Source: Entomortierella parvispora E1425 (lineage: Eukaryota; Fungi; Mortierellomycota). Taken from it: a stretch of DNA of 64,000 nucleotides. Below are positions 45,364 to 59,931 of this stretch, piece by piece. Below the pieces are notes generated by a model. It made no database searches, was not told where the DNA came from, and saw only the letters and a list, made by a program, of their open reading frames with translations. The stretch covers positions 248,001-312,000 of the forward strand of contig BQFW01000011.1 of the NCBI GenBank assembly GCA_020891255.1, given 5' to 3'. The position numbers and the translations under genes were made by a program. Every line of letters starts with the position of its first letter. Within the stretch, counting starts at the first letter, position 1.

Positions 45364-48300
45364 TGTAAACAATGAAACGGGATGAGGGTGGTCGACTGAA
45401 GGAGGGGGGGAAGGGGGAAGGGGGAGGGAGGAGATGAGGTTGGTCTGGTGGCAATCTGAGAGGAAGAGAAGGACACCAAATAGACAGCGGGACCAAGGGG
45501 TTTTATAGAAAAAAAAGAGGGTGAGTTTACTTTGAGCCTTTACTTCCAGGGAACGAGGTGGGAAGCGCTCAGAGTGCAGAAGAAGGTTGAGAATTAGCAA
45601 TACTCGGTAACTCTTGGGTAAAGAGCAGAAACCAATAAAGTTGTGCAGGGCGAGTGCTTGTCCGGATGAGAGCCCCCAATGGCCAGCTATTATTCTTGCC
45701 CTCAGATTAAGGCGCAATGCGAGGCCGTGTATTTTGTACATGTGTGTTCATAATCGCTACAATCGAAGCTGAGGATCGGACATACCATCGGTCCAAAGAG
45801 AAAACAACGGCGAGCAGCAGTCTTTTACTGATGGCATTCTTTTTCCTTTGACAAACAACCCGCCGTTGGATTGAGGAAAGGGATTTCACTTGTCATTTCT
45901 GAAGTTTGTAGAGTTCGCCCTGTCGCCTCCTCCCCACCATCTTCACTGTCTAGATATACATCAAGAAAACACATGTCTTGTGCACATCTGATGTGAGGGC
46001 GAGGCACGGTCACAAGAGCCGACTTGCATCTCATTCGATCTCTCTTTCTCACCAACTCCATGGCTTTCACTTTTTTTTACCTTTTTTCTCTCGTACAGGG
46101 GTTACGCGTGTGAAATGTGATCCCCAACGAGTGGCCAGACTCGCTCCATTTCTCTGATGGCATGCTTTTAACATTCTTTCTAGGTTGTCTGAGAAGGCAG
46201 GGCAAAAAAAAAAAAGGTTATTTGTTCCGGGTGGCCATTTTTATTGGTTGCCCGCAATCCAAAGTCACACGCATCGTAGAATTCTCATGTTGCACAGACC
46301 ACGAGAAACCTCGTACAGTACATTGAATAGAATATGCAAGGGACAATCAAATCGTTAGGTTCTCCTCCGACTGACACAAAGAGACCGTCCGAGATGTCTA
46401 GAATGTACCGTCTCTCACCTATCTCCGTTAGAGATGTTGTCAGTCCCATTCAACCCCGAGCCGCCATCCATCCATCGATGAAGATGATGAGAACCTCAAA
46501 GTCGTCTCAATTGGTGTATTCACAGGGGAAATGGTTTTCAGTATAAAGCCGGGTGGTATGGCTCACACGAAGACCAACATGGAAGCGTGCAACGGGCGTA
46601 GAGCATGCCCCTACTTACTGTCTTCAGGGATACCCACAGGCAAGGTATCTCAAGAGATCTGCCCTTACTATAGCCTTATCTCAACGATACCCCTGGTGTC
46701 GCAGTTAGGCTAGTGACGATTATTTTGTTGTCTGAAGAGAAGATACAGATAGGACTTTGACACTGGACCAAGACTGGTATGTACTATGGAAGATGGCCGA
46801 GGATCGGAAGATCTTCCGGAGAAGCGTCTACATCCGATTGCGGCATCAGAATTAAAAAACCGTCAAGTCAAGAATAGCTAAAAATGTTAGACAAACCTGG
46901 CGCTTGTATAGCGTGGTGGCCAACAAGGAAGAAACAGAGGAGGACCAGAGGAATAGGAATAGAGATAGATCGAAAAGGAGATCCGCATGGCAGCTGGACA
47001 AATAAACGAACCCAATCGACGCACAAGGGTTTAATCTCCACTGGACAGGTACACAAGGGCTGTGCACATGGACAGTGCACACTTCCAAAATAAGAAGCGA
47101 CTGCCCCTTTTCTGGGATTGCCCAAGTCAGTCGCGAACGAAATGGGAAGAGATTCTACCGCTTCAAGGTTTCTCGACCTCCGTGCTTGGGGTCTGAAGGC
47201 TTATTTTATTCTGAATTGGCATCATTCCTTCTCATTTTGTCGAGGTAACTACTGAAGGACAAGAAAACATCTGGCCACGTTCTATTGTCGGAAAACGTGT
47301 CCGAGATGCCGGAATCATAGAATCTAATAGCTGCATGTACAATGGCGCTCCCACATTCGATGCTGAAGTAGGAAATAAGAGTGTATGGTGTGTCTGTGTG
47401 AGAAGGTTTTCCCTCAAGCATCTTCTATTTCAGCGGAGCTCTGGAGCTCGTTGTCTCTACGCTTACTCTGTTGTAAGAATCCTGATGGGAATTGCTTCTG
47501 TACGAAAGGTGCTCTTCCTTGGACGAGGTGCCGATTAAAACTCAAGGCACCCAAAACAACAGAATGATGCATCCACCATATCATCTAATCGGTGAAAATT
47601 CAGAGAGTGCTTTCCTGAATGCTCCCAAATCCGATTCATATGAGTCCAACCAGATGTTCCTCCTGTACTCAAGTAGGTCGCCAATATGAAAGGTACACAG
47701 GGCGGATAGAATCAGACCAGTCTACTAAGATCGCCTCTTCTGTACACAACGGCGCAAGGTCCGCTTGAAAGCCACCATTTTTTTTCCCAGAGCTGAAGTC
47801 ATTCTCACATCAACGACATCATTCTGTTCCGATGCATCCGAATGGTCTTCGTCTCTTGTCGATGATCTTTCCTAGAGGCAGGATTAAGTGTCAGTGAGTG
47901 AAGCTGGGTCTTCTTTTCGAAAAGCAAACAATAGTCCTCACTCCTACGCCTTCCAGAACCAAGAACTGCCACTGTTCGACACCGCGACCTTGTATGGCTA
48001 CCCGTCATCCAGCTTCTATTGGTCTACTGACAAGCAATCGCAACATCGGATCGGCCTCACAAAGCGACTAGACCTTCAACTAGACCGCGCCGGACGGACA
48101 GAGAGCAGTTTCTTTATCTCTGCGCGCACCCTCCAGGCGGACGACATCGCAGTCCCAGCCTTGTCGCGAATCCCCTGGCGGCGAACGGCGAATGTCGGCG
48201 ACTCTTTACTCCGGCAGAGGTCGATTGTTCATGTGCAAAAGGAGTTGATGGGCACTGCATGTTCGGTCATACAGAATGGTTTAGAATTAGTTCGTTCTTA

Positions 48301-48422
48301 CGAATGGGCAAGGTCATGCACTAGCCATCCGCCGATACTAAGGAATGAAATGAGTTGAACCAGAGGGATGATGGATGGAACGAGGGCAAGAGGCAGGCAG
48401 GTGAATGGCAAGGTGGGGATGA

Positions 48423-48453
<31 letters not shown>

Positions 48454-48456
48454 GGA
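48423..48456. repeat. (GA)n microsatellite
   Basis: GAGAAAGAGAGAGAGAGAGAGAGAGAGAGGG. Confidence 0.85.
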
Positions 48457-48963
48457 AGAGAGCCTGCAGGGTGCAACAAGAGGGTCTGTGGTTTTGCATT
48501 TGTCTTCCCAAGGAGAAGTACATCGCTACAAACCGATCCCTTGGAGCACACTCGTGCAAACACACCAGCCTGACCCTCGACTTGACCTTTTGGAGTATTG
48601 TTAGAACGAAATAGAGACAGCCACAAAACTTGACTCTAACCCCCCAGTGCACCCTGGTCTGCCCTGAAAATCTTCTGGCCCTAATTGAAAGCACTGTGGA
48701 TGAAGAGTGCGCCTGTTGGATAACCGACTGATGTTTTTGGTGTTGTGCATGTCTAAAGACCGATGTGAGCTGTGCCAGCATATCATATTTGTCAGCTACG
48801 TGCTGATGTGAAGTTCTCTTGCTCTCCTTGTGCGCTTTCGTTATTTGAAGGAAGGGGCACAAACAAGAGGTCCATAGAGTGCACCGCAAATGCAAGTTCT
48901 ATAAACAGTCGTTGATGGCCTCTCACGGAGGGTGCAAGTCGCGACAAACTTTGGGCGGTGGGA

Positions 48964-48966
<3 letters not shown>

Positions 48967-49006
<40 letters not shown>

Positions 49007-49008
49007 CT
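48967..49008. repeat. (CT)n microsatellite
   Basis: Run of CT dinucleotides. Confidence 0.9.
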
Positions 49009-50511
49009 CAGTGCGTTCAGTAGGGGGATCAGGATGAAATACGTCGACTACTGGACAAACAAAAGAGGCGGACAACGAATGGGTACGAGTCGACGGACGA
49101 CACGGGCGACACACCACTGCTAAAGAGACGGACGACAACAAACAAGAGCATCGGACGACCACAAAAAACGGACAGACGGGACCATAAAGAGACACTTCCG
49201 CTTTGTTGTGGTTACGAGGATTTGGCGAAAAAGGGAGGAATTGGGTCATCTGTGCTCAACTTCAGATGCCAAGTGCAAGAAAGAAAAAGAAAAGACAAAA
49301 AGCTCTCAAGAAGTTGGTTCAGCAACACTCTTGTAAAAGCGATCAAGGACCAAGAGTGAACCAGGAGCGCAAGCTTTACGCTCCATAGACCCTCAGTAGT
49401 GCAGAGTCTGCAAGAAGCATCATTGCTAAAGGAACTCGAACCTCCCAACAAAAAAAAGGAAGGGTGTACTTCGTTCATTTCTTTTGTGCCCTTTGTGCTC
49501 GCTTTGGGGAGAAGTTCTTTTAAGAACACAAGAAAGCTCGAGTATCAACATTGTACAAGCCAGTTGAGCATGCGCTTTCTTTTACTTCCGGTGTCACAAG
49601 GTTGAAGGTTCCGAGGGCGAGGGCGTAGACCAGGAAAATCATCTTTCAAATTTCGTTTACACGGGAAACCGCACTTCAAATGAGCTCGGTAAGGCTCTTC
49701 AGGTTCGTAGAGATCATAATGTGCATTGTACTGCACTCGTCAAAGGGGGAGGAGGGGTGGTATCAAGAAATAAACGGCCTTGGAGTCAGCTCAGCACACA
49801 TCGACTCTATCCACTACAACAACCTCCCTTGACATGTGCTGCAGGTCTAAACTGTGGAGGAGCACAAACAAACCTCCTGTCCCTCCATGTCTACTCTAAT
49901 TCCCTTCCCTGTCGCCCGCGCCCTCGCTCGCCGAGAGAAACGCGACAGCTAGTCCCGTCTTTAAGATTTCGACCCCCCGAAAACAACAGCTCAAACCAGC
50001 CAAAACTGCTCAACAGCACAAACAACAACATAACTTTGTTTTACAAGAACTTTGCGCGCGGCGCAAGGGAAGTTGTCCAGTTGCATCGTTGTTCACTGTG
50101 AACACGAGCAGAGTAGCGCAAAAAACAAAGGCAAGGCAGAGGAGAGTGAAGTGATCGAGAACGGCTCTGGAGATTGATGAACTGAGCCCCTCTTTTCTTC
50201 ATTCTCCATATTTGCCTTACAAACCCCCAATGTCAAGCTGTCTGTCTTCATGTCCAAGTGACCTAACTAGCCACCTCACCCGGTTATATAAAGAAGCAAC
50301 ACCTCCCATTCGGTTTTCCTACCATCCTGGTCTTTTGTTCACCCTGTCCTTGATCCTCCTTCCTTCTCCCATACTCTTCCCAGCCCGGGGATCGACATCA
50401 CCCCAACTCCTGTCTTCTAAGATCATTGACCCCACCGTTCCCTACTACAACTGCCTACCTCTCAGCCATCATCTCTTCCCTTTTGTGCAGATCGCCTCCC
50501 GCTTTTGACCA

Positions 50512-53500
50512 ATGGCTTTCGACATCCGTGAAGAAGACGAGGACCATCACCATGATGAGTTCGACGAGTATGAGGATGTGAAGCCGACCGAGCGTCCTAA
50601 ATTCTATAAGCGCAGAAAGTTTTGGTACTTCTGTATACCGAACGCCATTGTAGTGCTGATCGTCGCGGTTATCCTTGCTCTATATGTCATCATGCCAAAG
50701 ATTGCGCAAGGCCTCATGAATAAGGCCACAATTAACTTTGACGCGATTGTAAGACCCTCCATCGACAATCCAAATCCAATACAAATCTTTTCCCCTGCGA
50801 CTTTGTTGTAACTGTGCTTTTCTAACCGAATATATTTTCTTCCGTTTTACATCGCTCACCACAGGACATCACGAACCCGTCTGCAACTTCTATGGACATT
50901 GCTATGGTCGGCAACATGGAGCACACTGGCCCCTTCAGCGCCGATATCTCTTTTCCTGATACTGTTTATGTTTCATGGAATGGCATCGAGCTCGGTACTA
51001 CTGACATCCCCGGTACAAGCAAGGCCTCGTAAGTGCCAGAAAACATATCTGTCCACCCTTTTTACTCATGTATAGCGCAGTCTCAAACAGTCAATGTTGT
51101 GTTGTTTTTCTCCACCTCTAATGAACCCTGTCACTCTTTTTCTTTCATCGCAATCTCGCTTATCAACAGCGGTGGCCACGGGTCTCTCAACTTGGCAAGC
51201 AGCTTCATTGTCACGAATGCTACAGCCTTCACCGAGTTCTCCAGCTACATGCTCAATGCCGACTCCTTTGTCTGGCACCTCCAAGGAAAACTCAACGTCA
51301 AAGCCCTCAGTCATACCGTGAAAGGTCTTACTTTGAGCAAGGATATTACCGTCAAAGGTACACAATGCTCTGCCTAATTTGTTCACTATGTCTCCTTATT
51401 TTCACTCATTGGTCATCCTTTTTTCTTAAATTCACGATCACAATCAATAGCTTTTAATGGCCTCAGCAACATCAAGATTGAGAAGTTCTCTCTGCCCGGC
51501 GATGATCCTAGCGGGAAGGGTATCATTGTTGAGATTGACACTAGCGTGTTCAACCCATCATCCATTCAGATGTACATGGGTTCACTGACCCTCGCTATCT
51601 CGTACAAGGACGTGTTGATGGGATATGTCACCTCGTCGAACCTGACAATGGTTCGCGGTCAACAGACCATGAACATGAAGGGTGTCTTGATTCCTCAGAA
51701 TACAACTGAGGGTCTGGCTGTAACCTCCGAGATGATGTCTCGCTACATTGGCAATATTATGACCAACACCACTGCTACTGGTGTCGATGTCAAGCCCGAT
51801 GGTGTTAACTCGCTCAAATGGCTGTCGGACGCGGTCAAAAACTTGAAGCTGACCGTCCCACTTCAAAGTCCTACCCCTCTCACGCTCATCAAGGCGTTGA
51901 ACCTCGGCGCGTTGGGTCTTGTGTTTACGCCCCCCACTGCCTATGAGCCTATCACGACTTCGACTGGTGTCACCGCCAACTACAGTCTCCCTGACGGATT
52001 TGGCTTTAAAATTCAGTTCCAGCAAGTCTCCAACACATTTGCGCTTTCTCGTGGTGGAGTAACGATCGCCAACTTGAACTCGTCCTACAATCCCTCAACC
52101 TCGGACATGGCTACTAGCACACTGACCTTCAACCTTTTGGCTACACCACTTCTGGTCCCTGACGCGTCCCACGTTGCCTTCCAAGAGTTCAACCGTGACC
52201 TGACTGTTGGAGCCGATCTTCCTTTTGACGTTGTCGGTCAAGCCTCAGTCTATGCTAACACGTCAATTGGTGTTGTAAACCTGGTCAATATCCCCTTTAA
52301 TGCCTCGACACAGCTGAGCGGTCTTCAGAGCCTTGCAAACCCTGCTCCAACCATCACCTCACTTCAAGTTGTTTCTGGATCTACCACTGGCCTAACCATG
52401 GCGATCTCGGTCATCATTGTCAACCCCTCATCGATTTCCTTAAACGCTGGCGATGTTGTCCTTTCTCTCATGTACAAGGGTGTCAACCTCGGAACTGTGA
52501 CGATGCCGAATCTCGCAATTGTTCCCGGTGCCAACACTGTTCAGACGTCGTCGACTATCGATCCCGCAAAATCTCCTGAAGGTATCGAGCTGTTGAACTT
52601 GTATACTAGTGGAGTCGGTGCGCCCGTCAGCATCGCTGGTACTCCAACCAGCACGGCTGTCGAGTCATTGTCTCTTGCCTTTGGCGCCTTGAACATTGAA
52701 ACTCAGATGCCCGGCCTGCAGTCCAAGCTCCTTGCTAGTGCCTCTTTGGTTGTCTTGGATACTACCATCGTCAATGGCCTCGCACAAACTACGGTGACGG
52801 TTAACAACCCATTTGTACCCCCCATGACCATCCTCTCTATTGATTCCAAGATCACGTATGGCGACCTCTCTGTCGGTACTGTCACCTCGACTTTTGCTTC
52901 TCCACCTGTGATCCCTGGAACTGGACAAGGTACCATCACTGCCGCGTTGGCCATGAACACCAATGCCCACGATCTCGTCTCTTTGATCCAAGCCCAGGCT
53001 GTCAAAAACGGTTTGAGCACGGCCGCTTTTGATGGTTTGCTCTCGCTCCAGACAGGGGGCAATCCTCCTGCCAGCCTCTTTGCCGGATTCAATGTTGCCG
53101 ATTTCACGCTCAAGGCCATGGCTGGCCTCGTGGTTGATATCACAATGACCACCACGGTCAAGGTTGGTGATTACCAGGTCACGATGCCTTACGCTCAGAC
53201 AGGGGTCACTACCAACACAGACCAGTCGCTGCTGAAACTTCTCCCTATCGTTGGTACTCCAATTGCCCAGGTCCTCGTCGACCAGTCCATCTTGGCCTTT
53301 GATGCCATCAACATCCTATCACCTACTGACACCAGCTTCCAAACCGACATCAACGGAGCCATCTCGAACACTGGTCCTCTAGATGCTCAGATTGCGTTCC
53401 CTAATCCCGTTGTAGTCTCGTACGACGGCAAGGCTATCGGCTCAATGATGATGCCCACCGTCAATGCAACTGCTGACAAAGGTGCTCCTCTGGACTTGAA

Positions 53501-55562
53501 CGGTGTCGCATTCACGATCACGGACACTACTGCGTACACTGACTTTACTGTCTTTGCGCTTAACAATGCCAAGTTCAACTGGACAATCTCGACGACAGGA
53601 GTTGTTGTCAACGCCGTGGGCGCTCCAATCCCTGGTGTCTCCATGACCAAGACGGTGACCCTTGATGGCTTTAACAAATTGGCAGGTCTCCAGCTTGGCG
53701 TCTACACGATCGACACTATCGATAACGAAGGATTACACTTGAACATTGCAGCTTCCCTCCAAAATCCCTCGACCATTGGCATGGTGATCCCAGTCTCACA
53801 GTTCAACACCATGTATGGCCCAGTGGTTCTTGGACCGGCAGTTGTCAATGGTCTCGCGTTGGTTCCACATAGTAAATCAGATTTCTCTCTGCAAGCCACA
53901 ATCGCCCCCAACGCTGGTCAGGATATGACCCCCATCCTCCAGGGCATCTTCCACAACGCGCTTAGCAATACCTCGACCCCAATGACGGCAGTTGGCACGG
54001 GCGCTCCCGGCGTGGCTTGGTTGGATACAGCCATCAAGAGCCTTACTCTGTCCACTGCCCTTCCTCCTTTGTCTGCGCCACCAATTGGTGCTGTCTCGAT
54101 CGATGCCATGTCGTTGGACTTTGTATGTGATACCTGTGTAACAAAGCCGATTGCTTCTTCAAGCATTACAGCCACGACGAACCTTCCGTTTAAGGTAGCC
54201 CCGATCAAGAAACTGAGCCAAAACATTCAGGTCCTTGACAAGAACAGGGCCATCATTGGTGTGTTGCAGACTCCTTACGCCGACTGTGTGGTCAATGGAA
54301 ACACAGTGTCAACTACGACTCCTCCCTCCGAGCTGGTGATCGACGAGTCAGCCTTGAACGGGATCTACTCCACATTCATTGGGGATCTGGCCAGCGAAGT
54401 GACATATACCCTCGGCCTCCGCGGCACAGCCGATTCCCAGTTGGACCTCGGTCCCTTTGGTACTGTTGAGATTAAGGGCATTCCTCTCGATGTTGAAACC
54501 CCAATGGCTGGATTGAACAACCTCGCAGGAATGAAGTACATCTACCAAGTCAACTCGGACTTCCTTTCACAACCAGGTTTTATTGTTCTTCAGTCGATCA
54601 TCCAGATTCACAACCCCACCAACCTTACCTTGAATTTGGGCAATCTTGACCTTGCCACTGCTGCCACTGGCGCAGTTAGTGGACCGCTCGGCTCCTCGAC
54701 CATTGCCAACTTGACTTTGTCCCCCGGTGATAACATGATCGTTTCGGGAACCGCCTTGGATCAGTCCCTCCCTGCCGGTGCCGCTTTCCTGGGAAGCTTG
54801 TTCGGAGGCACAAACCAGAACCTTGTCTTGACTGGTTTTGACAAGACCTCGTCCAATGCCCAATTGAATGCCGGTTTAGCCGCCATGAAATCCGAATTGT
54901 TCATTCCCGGTGGTCTTGCGGGCTTGACTCTCTCTCAGCCTCCGTACTTAAACTGGTCCCTGAAGACAACTCCGACGACGAACACAGATCTGATTTTAAT
55001 GGCCACTGCCACGTTCCAGACACCCTTCTATGGCTTCCCCTTGCAGATGCTCTCGCCCGGTCCTGGTTTTTCTGTTGCTCAGGTTATCGGCGTCTCATTC
55101 ACGGCTGATGGAACGACGTTGTTCAACTTCTTGGACGATTTGACTTATACCGTCCAGGGTACGGAACAGGTTACCGTCACTTTCGGTGTGCAAATGAAGT
55201 CCTCACCTCTGACGGTAGATGATAAGCCCTTGTGGCAAGATATTGTCAGTTTCGGTCAGACCAACGGCTACATTCCCGTCAACTTCCAGTTGCTTGCCCA
55301 GATGATCTTCGACAACGGCATCGTCAATGACTTCGATCTGTCCAACCTGTCCGTAGGTCTTCCTCCAACCAACATTGCCGTTGGAGCTGATTTTGCAAGC
55401 ATCCTTGGCGCCTTCCCTAACGCTACCCCCAGCGCCACCCCTAGCGCTACCTCTACTGGTGCCGTCCCTAGTACCGTTCCTAGTACCATTCCCAGTGTCA
55501 TTACTAGTGTTATCCCCAGTGCTACCCTCAGTGCTACCCCCAGCGCCACTACCACTGCTTAA
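50512..55562 (+). CDS. Large type II membrane protein with repeated DUF3712 (Tag1-like) beta domains, ~1566 aa; exons 50512-50748, 50865-51028, 51170-51357, 51451-55562
   Basis: N-terminal acidic cytosolic stretch, KRRKFW, then one TM helix. Repeated GFN.L / NPS.I...G.L motifs. Exon lengths sum to a multiple of 3. C-terminal S/T/P/A tetrapeptide-like repeats. Confidence 0.8.
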
Positions 55563-55719
55563 ACACCATGAGAGAAAATGAAAATAAACAAGATGTTTTG
55601 ATGATATCGCGCTTTATACAAGCATCTCTGACTACAGTAGATAACCTATTAGTAATATACCTTCATAATTTATCACGTTGTGAAGGCTTTCGATAATTAT
55701 AGTAAATAGTAAAACACGG

Positions 55720-57877
55720 CTAACACAGGGTTCCATCGCCGCAACCGACAGTTACGTTTCCACCAGCGACATTGCCGACAGTGAGAGCGGCTTTGATGAC
55801 ACCAGCGATACCAATACCGGAGATGAGACCGGCAGAAACAGAGTACATCAGGCGGCCATGGGAAACCTTGCCAAACTTCAACCACAACTGGCCAGCAACC
55901 CAACCGATGAGCATGCAGCAAGGCACGTTGGGTCCAGTGTTGACGAAACCGAGACCAAAGGCGTTGAAGTTGGGCCAGTAAGGTCTCCATGCCTCGGGCA
56001 CAAACTTGACGCGGATAAAGACGTTCAGAATAGCCACGACACCAGCCACAATGGTGAGGATCATGGACTCCTTAGGGATCGTGCCACCACCAGTCAACAG
56101 TCTGCATGTGGCCTCCCAGGCATTGACGGCGGGAGTAGGGAATTGGCACTTCACGCCTTCTACGGGTGCCTGAAGAATACAAGGGTAGGCGCCGGCATAG
56201 AGCAAAAAGAGGGGAATGGCGATAGCGATAGCAAAGACAGAGCCGACCATCTGGGCTCCCAACATGGCACGGGGCGAGGCCTTGGTCAATTGAGCAGTCT
56301 TGAGATCGGAAACCATATCGACAGCCTGGGAGCAAGCGGCAGCAGCAATGTTGGCACACATCAAGTTTGTCTTTTGGACAATATGGATGTTGTCGTTGGG
56401 GATACGAGAGAAGACCAGCTGAGTGACTTTGCCAATGGCGCCGGTAGGGTTGATGTCTGTCTCGCCAGTGGATTGAAGACCGACAAAGGCGAGGAAGAAG
56501 GACAAAATGACCACTCCAATACTGGCGTAGACAGGGACTTCGAAGTTGAAATACATGACCAAGATGGTGAAGAGAGTTGAAATAACCAAGCCACTGACCC
56601 ACCAGGAGGTAGGGATCAACTCGTGCTCTGGCGTGGTATCCTTGGTAACTCTAGTAGTCTCGTGAGTCACAGGTGTCTTCTTGAGCAGCTTGCGAACGAG
56701 GTTACGGCCTTCATGAACGACGACCTGGAACGAAAAGTAGATGGTACGCCAGTTGGCACCGAGTTCCGAGAATGCTGTGAAGACCATGAAGGCAATACCA
56801 GGCCAGATGAACCAGGACTGAGCGGAGGCAACAGAGTTGGGCTTTGCAGCTGAAGTAGGGACGAAACTGAGTTTTCCCCACAAGTAGCCAGAGTCTGTCA
56901 TCAATGGTCCAGCAATACCAAAGGCAGTGATAGTTCCGGCCATGAACGAGAAGACTGTGCTTGCGGGAGTCATCAAACCGGCACCAAAGAAAGCAAAGTC
57001 CCAAGAGAAGTACCATCCCCAGACGGCATCGGCATTCATCATGGCCCTGCTTCCGGCAGCCTTGCCGATGTACCAGAGCACGTGGATATCACCCAAGAGA
57101 CCGGGAATAAAGTGGGCAAGGGTACCCCAGAGCATTGAAATGCCGAAAGCTCCTCCCATGACCATACCGGATTGCTTGGCATCCTTGGCAGCATTGGAGC
57201 CGGCTCTGTGCAAACTCTTGATGGTCTCGGCAGCTGCGCGAGGGGTTGGGAAGACCAAATCTTGGTTGATGACAAAATGTTGGCGGAGAGGGACAGCAAA
57301 GAACATACCAAAGAAGGCCGAGCAAATGGACCAAAGCAACAACGCCACAACATCCTCGCTGGGCTTTTTATCGCCCATAAGACCCATACGGTACATGGCA
57401 GGGATAGCAGTGATAAATCCCGCAGAAAGACCTCCAGCGGCAGTAGCGGCGGTTTGGCAGACAGTGTTTTCCTTTGGTCCAAAAACACCGCCGGTGATCT
57501 TGGTCAAGGCCTTCAAGAGCAAGAAACCAAAAATGGAGCCCCATAAAGCTGCTCCAAAGGTCCATCCGGCTTTGAGACCAGTGTACATGTTACTGGCGGC
57601 AACAACGAGTCCCAAGACGGATCCAACGAGGACTGCGCGCCTACATGTGCAAAAAAAAAAAAAAAGGAGATAAAAGTGGAGGTTTAGAAGGCGAGAAGTG
57701 AGTGCATTCATGGAACAGCACGAGTGGTCAAGTAGGCACATACACTGTAAACTGCTTAGGCTCGTCAACGAACTCATCTTGGTCTTCTTGGAGACTGATC
57801 TTTTCGTCGACACTAAAAGAATCCGACTTTTCTTGGGGAAGGTCGTATTCCGACTTTTCGTTGACGTGTGTGGCCAT
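55720..57877 (-). CDS. OPT superfamily transporter (YSL-like clade); exons 57877-57744 and 57640-55720
   Basis: PKQFTV|RAVLVGSVLG, YTGLKAGW, FGPKENTVCQTAATA, FAVPLRQHFV..LVFPT, GETDINP, DLKTAQL. Confidence 0.9.
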
Positions 57878-59094
57878 TATAAATAAAAGAGCCGGATATT
57901 AAGGAGAGTTGTCGGACTGCGAGTAGATGAGAGTATACAAGAAGACTTTAAAAGAGGCAGGGATGGGGAGGACCAGGGCGAGGAAGAGGATGGTGGTGGT
58001 GGCTATCAACTGGTGAAGTACAAAGAAGAAAACAAAAGAGAAAAAGGAGGGTAGACCGGGAATCTGTTGCCTCTTTATAAGGCAACCGCGATGTGACCCC
58101 CTTTGCCCAGGGATGGTCGTTTGGGGGCTCGAAAAGGAACCCAGTGGAAGCTAAAAGACTGCGAAATGGAAGGCATGGAAGGCATGGAGAAGGGCGACCT
58201 AGATGAAAACAAAGGCAAGAACCAAACAATCTCTCATGACCGACTCCAGGCTCAACCTGGGTGGGTCGCATGAGGGCACCGTCCTGAGATTCTTGCATTA
58301 CTCTTTGAGTTCAGCAAATCGGTTGTGTTCAAGCCTTTTGCCCTTGCCCTTGACAGCGCTTCCACGGAACAAGTCCGAAGCACGACTTTTTGCGGAGCCT
58401 GGATCGTGAGAGGGTGAACCTTTTTAGAGCGCCCACCAACTCTTGGATGTACCTTGCCATGTACCGAGCAGCCCGATTGCGCATCAAAAGCATACCAATT
58501 CAGGACGACAAAGGGACGCTACCCTACCTAGACTGCGAACCTTACGCAAAAGAGAAAGCGCATTCATATTCTCTCGCACGCATGGCTCTCCTCAGCCTCA
58601 CTCTAGATGCCCTGATCAGGCATAACAAACAAACGCCTTACCAACACAGTAACCCTGCGCAGGTTAATGGACTTAGGATTCAAGTGTTGCTGCAAAGCCA
58701 AGACCTTGGGCGTGATTTGTGTGGTGAGAATATCACGCTGGACCAATCAAACAACGCCCCAAATCTGCGCCATGAAATTAACTTTGCTCTCAAGAGACCC
58801 AGGAGTTCGAGTGGCGCCTGTGGGATAATATTCCGAAGGCTGTCAAGTGTTAAAGTGCAGACTAATGAGTGGAAGCCATTGGACAGAGTCCCACCCTCGG
58901 AAGCTTTCCCGCGGCAGATGCGCGAGAAAAGTTCTTGTCTAGATAAAACAGCGTCGTACAAAAAATACTCTGCCCTCTCCCAACGGAGAATTCTGGGAAA
59001 AGACGCATTTTCTCATGTCCTTCCCTGTGAAGGAGCAGCTACAGTACAAAACTCGGGTCGATCGCAGCGTGGGAGATTGTTTTTTTTTCTTTTT

Positions 59095-59099
<5 letters not shown>

Positions 59100-59128
<29 letters not shown>
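59100..59128. repeat. (TG)n microsatellite
   Basis: Run of TG dinucleotides following a T-rich tract. Confidence 0.9.
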
Positions 59129-59131
<3 letters not shown>

Positions 59132-59931
59132 CCCTCTTAAACTCTATTAACCGTCTCTGGGAGTAAGCATCACTCCTGTAATAACCTGTAATAAAGCGCG
59201 CACGCGACATCCTTTATTCACCCTGCTTCTGAACACCAGAGGAAGGCAAGTAGAAAAGAGGGTGGCTATTCTCACGGTGTGCATGGACGTTTAGGGATAC
59301 TAATTAGCTGCAATTATGAGCCTGGAGGATACATCCGGTTCGATGCCTTCAAAGTCTTCAAACTAGCCCAAGTATTCTCCATCACCAGCCCTGACCTGTT
59401 TCCGCTCAAAACTCGCAAGGCCGTACCTTAAAAGAGAAAATAACGGTACTGGTCTTTTGCATAGCATTCATGTTTTTTGATCGTCGATGTCGTCTGACAG
59501 AGGCATCAGGTGAAAGTCTTTATACCAACACTAGCAGCATTACCGGCTCTGTTCTCAGTGGCCTTGGCGCTGCTTTCTTCGGCGCTCCTGGCTTAAGGAT
59601 CTCCATAGGATATGTGGGAAAAGGGTGGGAGGAGCGGGATAGGTTGGATGAGGAAATGGGAAACGGAGATGAGAAGGAGGACTTTGTGGCACCATCATCC
59701 ATTCCAAGACTAAACAATTCAAGCCAATACCGAGGATCAGAAATTCGCGATGATGGGCAGCAATAACTATTTTCCAGAATGCTGGCAGGAAATAAAAACG
59801 GGACAAATGTAGCTAGGGCAAATTGGGGCTGAAGGGAAGGTACACAGTGTCTAATAGGAGCAGGCTCACTTTATTGTCCGCTTGCTCAGATGGACTCTTT
59901 TGGGAACGCGCATGGCTAAAAAGAGTCGGAT

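Noticed and set aside
45364-50511. Long gene-free stretch with microsatellites and short ORFs
   Set aside because: Consistent with divergent promoter/UTR DNA. No RNA gene or structured repeat recognised.
58390-59166. 258-aa intergenic ORF
   Set aside because: No recognisable motifs, and it runs through a poly-T/(TG)n microsatellite. Likely chance.
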